The notes beneath the pieces were generated by a model. It did no database searches. It was given only the letters and a program-made list of their open reading frames with translations, and was not told the origin of the DNA. A stretch of 64,000 nt of DNA, taken from the IMG/VR virus record IMGVR_UViG_3300006115_000009, positions 1-64,000 of that record. The stretch is one strand, 5' to 3'. The stretch's first letter is position 1; each line of letters starts with the position of its first letter. This document shows, piece by piece, positions 9,595-18,600 of the stretch. A program made the translations under genes and the position numbers. Source of the DNA: a virus (lineage: Duplodnaviria > Caudoviricetes).

Positions 9595-11172
9595 TTAGAA
9601 CGTGGGCAGTGCCGAGGCGACTGAGTACTTGGTGACGTTGACTGTCACGTACTCGCCGAACGGAGACATGCGCAGGTTCACGGCAGCGTTAATTTGTCCA
9701 GCAGCAATTGTTGTGGGCGTGTTGATTTGAGTACCAGTGTTCACGCTGAAAGCATTCGTGGGCGTGTCGCCGTAGATGCTTCCGCGTGTCCAGTAACCCT
9801 GGCAAACGCCAGCAATTGCACCGTTCAACTTGGCAAAGATGTGGCCCTTGCCGTCGATTTCGTTGAAAACAAAGCCTTCAGCAACAATGTCAAGGTCCTT
9901 GATGACCTGCATGCGGAAACGCACGTTGTTGAGGTAGACCCAGTTGGGGTCCACGGCCGTCGAACGGAAACCGTAGATGCAGATGGTTCCAGTGTTGGGA
10001 ACAAGACGAATGACGTTGACGCCAGCGTTGTTCAGAGTCTGACGGTCGTTACCAGTTGTGCTGGTAGCGGGCCATGTCTGCGTCACGTTTGTGGCGTACA
10101 CCAAATTACCATTGTTGATACCAGCGGCAGGAACGTTGGCGTCGTTCTGTGTGTCGTTTGTGGCGCACTGAGCGGCAACAAAACCCGAAGGAGGTACTGT
10201 GCGGCTGAAAACGAATCCCGAGGTCTGAGAAGCGCTTGTAGCACCGATTCCGGGGATTGTGAGCCAAGGGGCGAAGATACCGGCGTATGAAGGGTCGGTA
10301 ACCGCAGCCTGAAGCGTAGTCACGGCAGAAATCAGCGTTGAGGCAGTGGCGGTGTTGGCACCGTCAAGGATGGCAACGCGGTTGAAAGTCGCGGCGTGGT
10401 TTGTCAAGTTGGCGTAAACAGTACCGCTGGTCGAACCAGGGAACGAAATCTGGCCGGGGCCGTAAACGTCGGTGAAGACGGCAAGCGCGGCAACAGAGTC
10501 GGCGTCAGCGGTGGCAACGTCCGTACCACCAGTGAGGTAGACGTTTACGGTCTGAGCAGTTGTCGACGGGAAGATTGTCGTACCTGACTGAGCAGAAGCA
10601 ACGCACATTGATTGGTAGGCGGGCAGCGAGTTGACCCAGTTAATAACGTCAGTGTCGTTACCGAGAGTAGGTGAAACAGCCAAAGTCTGACCGTTGTACG
10701 TAATTGTTGCGGTGGCAACAACTGTCGAGTTAACCGTGAAAGAGGTCAGTGTCAAAATAAGGCCGTTTGTCGAACCCGAAGCACTGTTAGCCCATGTACC
10801 AGCACCTTGAGCGGTCAGCAAGAACTTGCCCGAAGCGGTGGGTGACTTGGCGGTAACAGCGGTGCTCGAAACAACGCGTGAAACGTAGGCGTTGATTCCA
10901 CCCTCGCGGAAGAAAACGTCCAGCGAGTCGTACAGAAGCGTGCTGTCGATTGTGACAGAACCGGGTGTGACTGTGTAGCGACCAGTGATTTGGCCGTTGA
11001 CAGTCTGACCGAAGTACTTGTTGAAGTCGGCCATCGAGTTGATTGGAACGGCTACACCGGCAGGGCCCTGGGCTGTGCCGAGAACGAACCAAGTACCGGT
11101 GGACGCGTTGGTCTTGTTATTTGAAGTGCTGGCACTAACGTTAATGCTTACACCGGGGGCTGGATTAGCCAT
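9595..11172 (-). CDS. Contractile tail sheath protein
   Basis: 'PGVSINV' N-terminus, 'FFREGG...YVSRV', 'PPSGFVAA', 'LNNAGVNVIR', 'YLNNVR' sheath motifs. Confidence 0.93.
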   Translation of the reverse strand: MANPAPGVSINVSASTSNNKTNASTGTWFVLGTAQGPAGVAVPINSMADFNKYFGQTVNGQITGRYTVTPGSVTIDSTLLYDSLDVFFREGGINAYVSRVVSSTAVTAKSPTASGKFLLTAQGAGTWANSASGSTNGLILTLTSFTVNSTVVATATITYNGQTLAVSPTLGNDTDVINWVNSLPAYQSMCVASAQSGTTIFPSTTAQTVNVYLTGGTDVATADADSVAALAVFTDVYGPGQISFPGSTSGTVYANLTNHAATFNRVAILDGANTATASTLISAVTTLQAAVTDPSYAGIFAPWLTIPGIGATSASQTSGFVFSRTVPPSGFVAAQCATNDTQNDANVPAAGINNGNLVYATNVTQTWPATSTTGNDRQTLNNAGVNVIRLVPNTGTICIYGFRSTAVDPNWVYLNNVRFRMQVIKDLDIVAEGFVFNEIDGKGHIFAKLNGAIAGVCQGYWTRGSIYGDTPTNAFSVNTGTQINTPTTIAAGQINAAVNLRMSPFGEYVTVNVTKYSVASALPTF

Positions 11173-11426
11173 TAGAGTTCTCCTGTTGAGTTAGTAGGAG
11201 CAGTTTCCTGCGCCTTGAGATTCTTAGAGGGGGTTTTTGTTTCTTCTTTGTGCGGGGCAACTTCCGCGACAGGAGCGCTGTCGACAATTGTTGCAAACCC
11301 TTCAGAAATCAACTGCTGCAAAACAGCGTCGTCGCTAACCGTGTATTGGTAACACGGCGACATTGGACTGCCGTTACCGTCAAAAACGACGTTAGGGGCA
11401 GTGATAATGATTGTTTGATTAGCCAT
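11172..11426 (-). CDS. Small virion-operon protein
   Basis: 84 aa, translationally coupled to neighbours. Confidence 0.6.
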   Translation of the reverse strand: MANQTIIITAPNVVFDGNGSPMSPCYQYTVSDDAVLQQLISEGFATIVDSAPVAEVAPHKEETKTPSKNLKAQETAPTNSTGEL

Positions 11427-12093
11427 TTAGTTCTTCCTTTGAGACTTCAATGTTTGCCGTAAGCACTTCCGGCGGAACAATTGAAGGTTCCGTAGAGGGG
11501 CCTGTGTTTGCACCTGCGGGCGCATAGTCTGGCGATGGCGGACCACCGTACATATTCATTGCGCTACCAACGGTTACAGCAAAACGAAGATGAGCAATAC
11601 CCGTAGAACGGCCACTACTGTGTTCGCCTTCCATGTACTCTTCGCCGTCCCACATAACTGTTTCGGCAAAGCCTCCAAGGCTGCGTTGCTGGATAATGCA
11701 AGTTCGTACGCAAGCGGCGTATGCTTGCGTGAGGGCTTCAGTCTCTTGCCAATCTTTAGTGCCGTATACGTAAATCAATACCTCGGCGCGCCAATTGGTG
11801 CGGATTGCGTTGTTAAAGACCTCGGGAAGCCCGATAGTTGATGGAACGCTAACCAAAATCGCCGCTTGTGCGTTTCGTGGAAGGGTTCGGTATTCAGGGC
11901 GGTGACGATACTCAAACGGAAGTTGGAGAACATCGCTACCCAAGTTGCGGTTAACCGCGGCGATGTAAGTGGGGAGCCAAGTTTGCAAAGTTGTGTACAT
12001 TGCTTCTTGAACTGAGTTGCCACCGTAAACGGGACCGAAATAATCGTCTAAATAGGACAGATTCCAGTCTGTCCACCATTCGCGTTGTGGCAT
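11419..12093 (-). CDS. Tail terminator/completion protein
   Basis: Position upstream of sheath, size 224 aa. Confidence 0.55.
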   Translation of the reverse strand: MPQREWWTDWNLSYLDDYFGPVYGGNSVQEAMYTTLQTWLPTYIAAVNRNLGSDVLQLPFEYRHRPEYRTLPRNAQAAILVSVPSTIGLPEVFNNAIRTNWRAEVLIYVYGTKDWQETEALTQAYAACVRTCIIQQRSLGGFAETVMWDGEEYMEGEHSSGRSTGIAHLRFAVTVGSAMNMYGGPPSPDYAPAGANTGPSTEPSIVPPEVLTANIEVSKEELNG

Positions 12094-12998
12094 TAGCGCA
12101 TCCTCATTGATTGTTCGCTGCTTAAGTAGTGCGAGTATTCGGTCAGAACTTTTTGCGCCCCAGAAGCGACTTCTTTACTCAAGATTGCCCCATTGGAAAG
12201 TTTTTTGCCAATGTGAGCGGAAATATTGCCACCGGTCTCCTTTGAAATCATACGAGCGATTTCAAGGTTTTGGTTGTGCCTTTCAGGGCTTCCATTTGAA
12301 ACCCGTGACTTCCACGTCCCATAGTCCATTTCGGAGTGAACGTTTTCTTCGCGAGTTACCGCCGCTTCTCGAGCAGCAGCCCTTTCCTCACGCTTTTGCA
12401 CACGGACCCCGCGCTCCCGCTTAATATTTCGACGAGCGGCGGCGGCTTCAGCATTTGCTTGAGGGTGGGTTTTGTACTGGTTAGTAAACGAAGTAAACAG
12501 CCACTCTTCCGTCATCTCTCTTACCATTTTGCGAAATTGCGGGGTAATGGTAACAATCGGACGACGGGGGTTATTTCCCCAACCCTCTTGATGAAAAATG
12601 GCGTAGTTGTCGCCGTAACTGTTCAGGTAACCCTGAGGCATATTCCTGCGCTTGGTTACGTCAACTTCCATCTCAATCGCTTTTTTTCCAAACCTCTTAA
12701 CGCTTGGAGAAGTTGCGGCTTGCATAAGGAAGTGAAAAGCCTTCAAGGGCTGTTCGCTTGTAATCCCTTGAGACCTGCGGTTGTAAAGAGTTTTAGCGGC
12801 AAGTGGCTTCCAGCGAGTGGTAATACCAAACGTGGGAGAAGCGCCATTGTTAGAAAAACGCTCGTATTCCATCTCACCAAACAGCAAAACCATTTCGTTA
12901 AGCAAAGGTCCTGGTGACGCTGCTTTTTCAGCAACTAGGTGAAACTTGTGAGTCAGTTGGTCGATGCCTTCAATTTTTACGACGCTTTTTTTAGGCAT
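12093..12998 (-). CDS. Virion morphogenesis (tail completion) protein with basic C-terminal extension
   Basis: 'RWKPLAAKTLYNRR', 'YAIFHQEG...PRRPIV' resemble Mu gpG/P2 gpS family; likely start MPKKS at 12998. Confidence 0.6.
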   Translation of the reverse strand: MPKKSVVKIEGIDQLTHKFHLVAEKAASPGPLLNEMVLLFGEMEYERFSNNGASPTFGITTRWKPLAAKTLYNRRSQGITSEQPLKAFHFLMQAATSPSVKRFGKKAIEMEVDVTKRRNMPQGYLNSYGDNYAIFHQEGWGNNPRRPIVTITPQFRKMVREMTEEWLFTSFTNQYKTHPQANAEAAAARRNIKRERGVRVQKREERAAAREAAVTREENVHSEMDYGTWKSRVSNGSPERHNQNLEIARMISKETGGNISAHIGKKLSNGAILSKEVASGAQKVLTEYSHYLSSEQSMRMR

Positions 12999-12999
12999 G

Positions 13000-13686
13000 C
13001 TATCCGCGAATCCACGGAGCAATCAACATGTCAATTTGTTGGTCAATTTGGTCCAGGTTCATTTCGCGGCGTGTTTGTGGCTCGAACTCGAGGATAATAA
13101 ACTTTGCCGCTTGAAACAAGCAGGCGCGGCGTAGCGAAGCGGGGATACCTTCTGTGTATCCACCGCTGTAAATCACTTGCACGCGGGAACCTTCAGGGGC
13201 GAAAGTACCCAGACGAATCCAGACGTGACCGTCGGTTACATCCGGACCGCGGATGCCACCATTTTCAAAGTCAATAGGCTGGAAGTCGCCATACGTGCGA
13301 TAGATGTTAATGGACGAAATTGAGTACGTCCAAAGTTCCGGGTAAACCGGAGCAAACTGGTCAAGCCAAAAGTGGCGCACCAATGTAGATGCACCAAGAG
13401 CAATGGCTTGTGACATACCGAGTGAACCGTAAATGTCCATTGGCATGTCTGCGTTGTTGCCATATTCAGCAGGGTCAATGCCAAAAAGGCGGTCCTGATA
13501 AATGTGGTTAGTGAAGGGCGCTAAGCGACGACCCGTGCGGTCTTCTAGGTGAGACGTAGCCTCAACAAGAATGTCGGCCAAGGTTGTAGCCTCAATGTCG
13601 ACAACCAATTCAGGGTATCGCTTCTGGAGGTCTGCAACTGTGGCAAGTGAAACGGGGTCACTGTACTGTGAACCGTTATTTGCCAT
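13000..13686 (-). CDS. Head-tail adaptor/connector
   Basis: 'YSGGYTEGIPASLRRACL' adaptor motif; position after capsid genes. Confidence 0.75.
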   Translation of the reverse strand: MANNGSQYSDPVSLATVADLQKRYPELVVDIEATTLADILVEATSHLEDRTGRRLAPFTNHIYQDRLFGIDPAEYGNNADMPMDIYGSLGMSQAIALGASTLVRHFWLDQFAPVYPELWTYSISSINIYRTYGDFQPIDFENGGIRGPDVTDGHVWIRLGTFAPEGSRVQVIYSGGYTEGIPASLRRACLFQAAKFIILEFEPQTRREMNLDQIDQQIDMLIAPWIRG

Positions 13687-13691
13687 GTTAC

Positions 13692-13964
13692 TTACTCCCT
13701 AGTTGAGCGACGCTTAGTGGTGGGTGCAGCCTCAACGGCTACGGGTGCTTCTTCCTCGGTCGGAGTTTCCTCGACCTTGGCCTCGACCTTTTGTGCCTTT
13801 GGAGTAGCCTTTACGGGCTCCACGGCAAGAAAAAACTTGTTAGGAAAGTCTTTTATAATCTTCCATGCAGTAGCGTCATCAACAAAGATGGCACCTTCTG
13901 GACCGCCAGATTCCCACATGTATCCTGCGCAGCCGCAGGGTTCGTTAGATGAAACAAAAGCCAT
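13692..13964 (-). CDS. Small protein downstream of major capsid
   Basis: 90 aa, low-complexity acidic tail. Confidence 0.55.
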   Translation of the reverse strand: MAFVSSNEPCGCAGYMWESGGPEGAIFVDDATAWKIIKDFPNKFFLAVEPVKATPKAQKVEAKVEETPTEEEAPVAVEAAPTTKRRSTRE

Positions 13965-13990
13965 AATAAACCTTTAGTGGTAAATCCAGC

Positions 13991-14029
13991 GGGGCGGGCA
14001 GGGGAGGAACGAGGGAACCTACCCGCCCC
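13991..14029 (-). terminator. Hairpin after major capsid gene
   Basis: GGGGCGGGCAGG...CCTACCCGCCCC inverted repeat. Confidence 0.6.
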
Positions 14030-14051
14030 ACTGAAAATGGGACTACCTGTA

Positions 14052-15605
14052 CTAGTCGACCTTGAACGACTGTGTGTAACCGCTGTACGGAATACCGTTG
14101 CCGGCGTTCTGGTCCAGAGCAGCACGAACGTTCGCGAGGCGACCGATGTACTTAGGAGCGCGCACGGCCAGCGTGGTGTCCGCAACGAAGGCAAACGGCA
14201 GGCTGTCGGGCGAAGCGGTGGTCGGGAACACGTTGACAGGCTGCATCTCACGCACAAACGGGCGCACGATGTAGTTGGGGTCACGCGACATGAGGTAGAT
14301 GCTCTGTTCACCGTTTGAGGTGAGAGGCTTCAAGCCAGTGTTGCCGTACGTGTAGACAGAAGGCTGGTTAGTGGCAGTGTGCACGCCAGCGTCGCTGATG
14401 GTGAGTTTTGTACCGCTGTCGACAATCTGCGTAACAGGCCAGATGTTGCCCGACGAGTCAAGGAACGTGGCGTCCACGATACCCAGCAGGGTAACCGTAG
14501 TAGCCGAACCAGTGACGGTGTTGTCACGGTAGACCTTGTAGTGAGTGGGCTGTGAGCCTTCAGGACCCGTGGGGGTCGAGAACGTCAACTTGATTGACTG
14601 GGCCGTTGTGGTCACGGCGGTGAAAGGCGTGGCTGTTGAAGCCTGGATTTCACCAAAGCGAGCGATAACGGGAGCAATCTGGTAGTTGTAGACCGTACTG
14701 TTGGTCAAGGAACCGGTACCGCCAGCGGCGGCAGTGACGGAACCCATCTGGTTGGTGCGGGGTGACAAGAACGAAGTCTTGACAACGGGCACGCCACGGT
14801 AGGTAGGAACAATCAGACCAGCGGCAATCTCAACCTGGTCAACGAAGCGCTGCTGGTTGACGAGCAACTGCGACAGACGGCTGTTAGCGGCAGGTGACAT
14901 GAGGAACATCCACTCGGAGTTCTCAACGGGCTCAGCGACGTTGGACTCAACCAAGTCGATAAGCATGTCAAGGCTGCCAAGCGCAAGTTGGCCACCGGCC
15001 ATGTCAATGGCGTTCTGGTCAATTCCGTCAGTCCACGGGTTGAACGAGGGGTAACCCCAACCGGCTGACGTGTTGGCGCCACCGTAGTTGTCGATTGTAC
15101 CGCCACCGACACCCGTTGTAGGGCCACCAGTTGAAGCGTTCGAGAAGGATGAGCAGATAACGTCAAGACCGTCGAACTGCGGGTACGCGCCACCAGAGGT
15201 AGGTGCCTCGGCACCCCACAGGATAGCGGTCTCCAAGTCCCAGTAAAGACCGCGGGCAGCACCCTCGATTTCACGGGCACGCAGGTCACCAATCAGGTCT
15301 GCGGTAACAGCCTGTGAGTAACCGGTGACAGCACCGACGCTCTGGAGCAGACGAATCTGGAAGTTCTCCTGGGCGTAGTTAGAAGTTGAAACAGCGCGAG
15401 CACCACCGTCGGTTACGAAACCGCCCGAAGGAAGCGTTGTACGCTTGTTGAAGTAGTAAACAGTGGAGCCCCACTTGACCGTTGGCAGCGAGCGAACGAG
15501 CGGCGCGTAGCGACGCTGGTACTCAAGCAAAACCGGGTCAATCTGCTTTTGTACGAGTGCAGCAGCACCCGCGGCAGTAAGGGCCTCTTCCAAGTCATTA
15601 GCCAT
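14052..15605 (-). CDS. Major capsid protein (HK97-type fold) with an inserted beta-rich domain
   Basis: 517 aa after scaffold; 'FDGL' motif; Fn3-like insert 'YNYQIAPV...HYKVYR'. Confidence 0.88.
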   Translation of the reverse strand: MANDLEEALTAAGAAALVQKQIDPVLLEYQRRYAPLVRSLPTVKWGSTVYYFNKRTTLPSGGFVTDGGARAVSTSNYAQENFQIRLLQSVGAVTGYSQAVTADLIGDLRAREIEGAARGLYWDLETAILWGAEAPTSGGAYPQFDGLDVICSSFSNASTGGPTTGVGGGTIDNYGGANTSAGWGYPSFNPWTDGIDQNAIDMAGGQLALGSLDMLIDLVESNVAEPVENSEWMFLMSPAANSRLSQLLVNQQRFVDQVEIAAGLIVPTYRGVPVVKTSFLSPRTNQMGSVTAAAGGTGSLTNSTVYNYQIAPVIARFGEIQASTATPFTAVTTTAQSIKLTFSTPTGPEGSQPTHYKVYRDNTVTGSATTVTLLGIVDATFLDSSGNIWPVTQIVDSGTKLTISDAGVHTATNQPSVYTYGNTGLKPLTSNGEQSIYLMSRDPNYIVRPFVREMQPVNVFPTTASPDSLPFAFVADTTLAVRAPKYIGRLANVRAALDQNAGNGIPYSGYTQSFKVD

Positions 15606-15655
15606 GATGGCGTTCTCCTTATTGGATTTGGTTAGTTGGTTGGTTGGTTAATTGC

Positions 15656-17983
15656 TTAGAAGCCGCGGTCGGCTTGAGCAAACTTGTTTTGAAAGAATGG
15701 AGTTGAACCCCATGCTTCTACCTGGGCACGACGGAACGCAGCAGAGTTCATCTCGGCAAGCGCACGTGGGTCCAGTTCCTCCGACTCTGACAGGTCAGAG
15801 GCGTCGTTTCCGGTTGAGCCACCGACAAGACCCTTGCGGAAAGTGGTTGTACCACTCCGGTAGGACTCAACGGCACTCTTTTGGGCGGCGGCAACGGCTT
15901 CGGTGGCGGCCTTAGCGGCGGCCTCCGCAATCATTGCGGCAACCTGGTCGGCTGTGAAAACATTTTCAGACACAATGGTCTCCTTTTGTTCGATTGATTC
16001 TTCGGCGGCAACCTCAGCGGCGGCTTCCTCTTCCTCAGCGGCGGGCTCTGCGGCCACTTCCACTTCGGTGGGAGTTTCAGCCTCGGCTTCAGCCTCGGGC
16101 TCGGATTCTGTGGCCTTTGATTGGGCGGCAAGAATAAAGCCGGCCAAAGCCTTCAAGTCTGCGTCACTCATGGTGCGGGTAGCAGTCGATTCCTCGGCAG
16201 CAACCTCAACCGGAGCATCGGCAGTTGTGATTTCGTCAGACACTTCTGACTCCTTATCTTCAGTTGGGGCATTGTCTACTGACTCTGCCTGTGGTACGGG
16301 ATTGCCGCAAGTAGGGCAATACATGGCGTCTTGAGGAGCAGTCTCTCCGCAAGAAGCGCACTCTGGCGCGCTGCTGCTGGGCGTAGCGGAAACTACAGCA
16401 CCGCAGTTGGAGCAGAACATTGCGTCCTCAGCGCATTCCATATTGCACTCGGGGCAACTAAGACCCGTAGTGTTCGAAATTGGAGAAAGTTTTGCGCCGC
16501 AAAGGTGGCAGAATTCGGAACTCTCTGAGCACTCGGCTCCGCAAGAAGCGCACTCCATGTTGTTGTCGTCTGGTTGCATTTCGTCGTCATCCTCTGGCCC
16601 CATGCCGCTAGCATCGCCAGTAGCATCTACCTGTGACCAGTCAGGCTTAGAAAGGTAAATATCGCCGTCGTCGTCCGGGTCAATTGCGTGCATGGCAGCA
16701 ATTGCTCCAAAAGCGATGCGGTTTGCTACGACCTTGAGCAAGTGCGGGTCTTGTGTGTAGCCGGTGATGTTGATGCTGTCCATGTCATTGTTCAGAGCAA
16801 TCGAAGCGTAAGCCTCGAGAACTGACTCAATGTCCATTGCGAGGGCTTCTTGCTCGCTCACAATGTTGATTCCGAACTTCTTGGCGGCAGACTTAATGCG
16901 CGACTTAATGCGAGCAAGTTGGGCCGAGGTGTAAAGGTTGGCGTTGTCGCCTTGGTTGATGTATGACCAAGCGGCGCGAACGTGAGCAGCCGTGTTAATC
17001 GGGTAACGCTTCTTCTTGTCCTTCTGGTAACCAGGGTCAGCGTAAGCAACGTCGCCGTAAGGCTTCTTGGGTTCCTTGGCTTCAGCCAATTGCTCAAGAG
17101 CGGAGAAGGTCTCAACAACCTCTGCTTCGTCTACTGATTCGAAGACTGAGAGACGGCTGTTGGCAGATTCAGCAAGTTGTGCGTACTGTACTTCCGCACC
17201 TTCGACGCCGGGGCTGTTGGTGAAGTCAACGCCGTGAATGGCAAGGTCGTCAGCAGTCGTGGCCTCTTCGCCGTCCGAGTGCAGAGTTGTACGGGGCTCG
17301 CCCATCCACTCGCCGCGGATTGAAATGCCCTTAATAAACTTGCCGGCAGCGAGGTTGGCAATGTCACGGCCATACGTCGTATTGGCAATGTCAGCCTCAA
17401 AAGCGGCCGAGCCGTCAGGCATCAGGCTTACCTTAGTGATACGGCCTACTGTTGACGTAGCGTCATCCTTGAAGGCCGCTGCGTGGCTTGTAGCCATGTT
17501 CAGGGGCATTCCCTCGCCGCTTGCCAACTGCTGGCTCATGCGCTCAACAGCCTTAGCAATGTTGTTCTTTGTGTAAAGTCGACGGTTCTTAGAAACACCG
17601 GGCTTTAGGAAAATGCCGCGAATTGTTGCTGCCTTGGTTGAGGCCATTTCTTCAATCTCCCAGGATTCTTTGGCATTCAGTTGACGCATAATCCCGTTGA
17701 CCCAAGAGCGGCCTGCATCTCCACCCCAACCGAGCCAAGCAATGTAGCCAGCGGAAGGATTGGATTGGTTTGCCCAGTCCTTACCCTTCTTGTCAACTTC
17801 GTGACGGGCAAAGTATGAGTGCATGCGCTTAATGGTGTCAGCGGAAATGTGCTTACCATTGGACAAGTCTCGAGCGCGCGCAACACCTACGGCGGTCATA
17901 CCGCGACCGTGCTTCTTGCGAAGTTCCAGCGAGCGCGCAGCGTTCTTTCTAACTTGTTCGGGTGGTGAGAAACCGTCTGCCAT
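15656..17983 (-). CDS. Multidomain prohead protease/scaffold
   Basis: Central 'IKGISIRG...IHGVDFTNSPGV' protease core, three CxxC-CxxC double zinc ribbons, acidic Ala/Glu scaffold tail; lies between portal and capsid. Confidence 0.8.
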   Translation of the reverse strand: MADGFSPPEQVRKNAARSLELRKKHGRGMTAVGVARARDLSNGKHISADTIKRMHSYFARHEVDKKGKDWANQSNPSAGYIAWLGWGGDAGRSWVNGIMRQLNAKESWEIEEMASTKAATIRGIFLKPGVSKNRRLYTKNNIAKAVERMSQQLASGEGMPLNMATSHAAAFKDDATSTVGRITKVSLMPDGSAAFEADIANTTYGRDIANLAAGKFIKGISIRGEWMGEPRTTLHSDGEEATTADDLAIHGVDFTNSPGVEGAEVQYAQLAESANSRLSVFESVDEAEVVETFSALEQLAEAKEPKKPYGDVAYADPGYQKDKKKRYPINTAAHVRAAWSYINQGDNANLYTSAQLARIKSRIKSAAKKFGINIVSEQEALAMDIESVLEAYASIALNNDMDSINITGYTQDPHLLKVVANRIAFGAIAAMHAIDPDDDGDIYLSKPDWSQVDATGDASGMGPEDDDEMQPDDNNMECASCGAECSESSEFCHLCGAKLSPISNTTGLSCPECNMECAEDAMFCSNCGAVVSATPSSSAPECASCGETAPQDAMYCPTCGNPVPQAESVDNAPTEDKESEVSDEITTADAPVEVAAEESTATRTMSDADLKALAGFILAAQSKATESEPEAEAEAETPTEVEVAAEPAAEEEEAAAEVAAEESIEQKETIVSENVFTADQVAAMIAEAAAKAATEAVAAAQKSAVESYRSGTTTFRKGLVGGSTGNDASDLSESEELDPRALAEMNSAAFRRAQVEAWGSTPFFQNKFAQADRGF

Positions 17984-17995
17984 AATTTTTATTTT

Positions 17996-18478
17996 CTATC
18001 TTGGTGTGTACCGCTTGCCGCGATACTTCCAGTGGCTCAACTGCTTCATGCGGTGCGAGCGTTTAAATAGTCGTTTTTTAAAGGAGCCTTTGCGCGGGGC
18101 TCCCCACGCAGTCCTTCCCATGTAGCGTCCAGGGGAAAGTTGCTTCTTAAATTTCTTCGGGATACCAGAAATGCGAAGTTTGCGCATTTTCGCCCTTTTT
18201 TCGTATCGCATAAAGCGAACACCAAGCGGGTGAGTGTGCTCAAAAGCAATTTCTGCGTATCCATAACTGCGACGAGAAGAGGATGATTCGCGACTCTTTG
18301 CAGTTGAGCGACGGTGACCGTGATACGGAACAGACTTGGTGTGACGCATCTGTCCGCGTGCAGCACGCGCTTTTTGTAAGTTAAGACGTTCTGCCGCTAA
18401 CTGAGAGGCAGTTTGAGAACCGGCTGGGTACTTTTTGTGTACCTCGTAAGCACCGGCGCGACCTAAGTAGTTGCCCAT
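17996..18478 (-). CDS. Very basic 160-aa protein in head operon
   Basis: 43 Lys/Arg versus 6 Glu and no Asp by my count; coupled to neighbours. Confidence 0.7.
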   Translation of the reverse strand: MGNYLGRAGAYEVHKKYPAGSQTASQLAAERLNLQKARAARGQMRHTKSVPYHGHRRSTAKSRESSSSRRSYGYAEIAFEHTHPLGVRFMRYEKRAKMRKLRISGIPKKFKKQLSPGRYMGRTAWGAPRKGSFKKRLFKRSHRMKQLSHWKYRGKRYTPR

Positions 18479-18600
18479 TAGCCAACTTCTTTGCTAACGA
18501 GAGCAGCCGCCTTTTCAGCAGTCATTCCAGTAAAAGGAACTACGGGTTCGCCATCGCTGTAGAAAGGAACGCCGTTAATTTCAATCGGAGTTTGTGACAT
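18478..18600 (-). CDS. 40-aa protein
   Basis: MSQTPIEINGVPFYSDGEPVVPFTGMTAEKAAALVSKEVG; fills the gap exactly, stop/start overlap. Confidence 0.6.
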   Translation of the reverse strand: MSQTPIEINGVPFYSDGEPVVPFTGMTAEKAAALVSKEVG

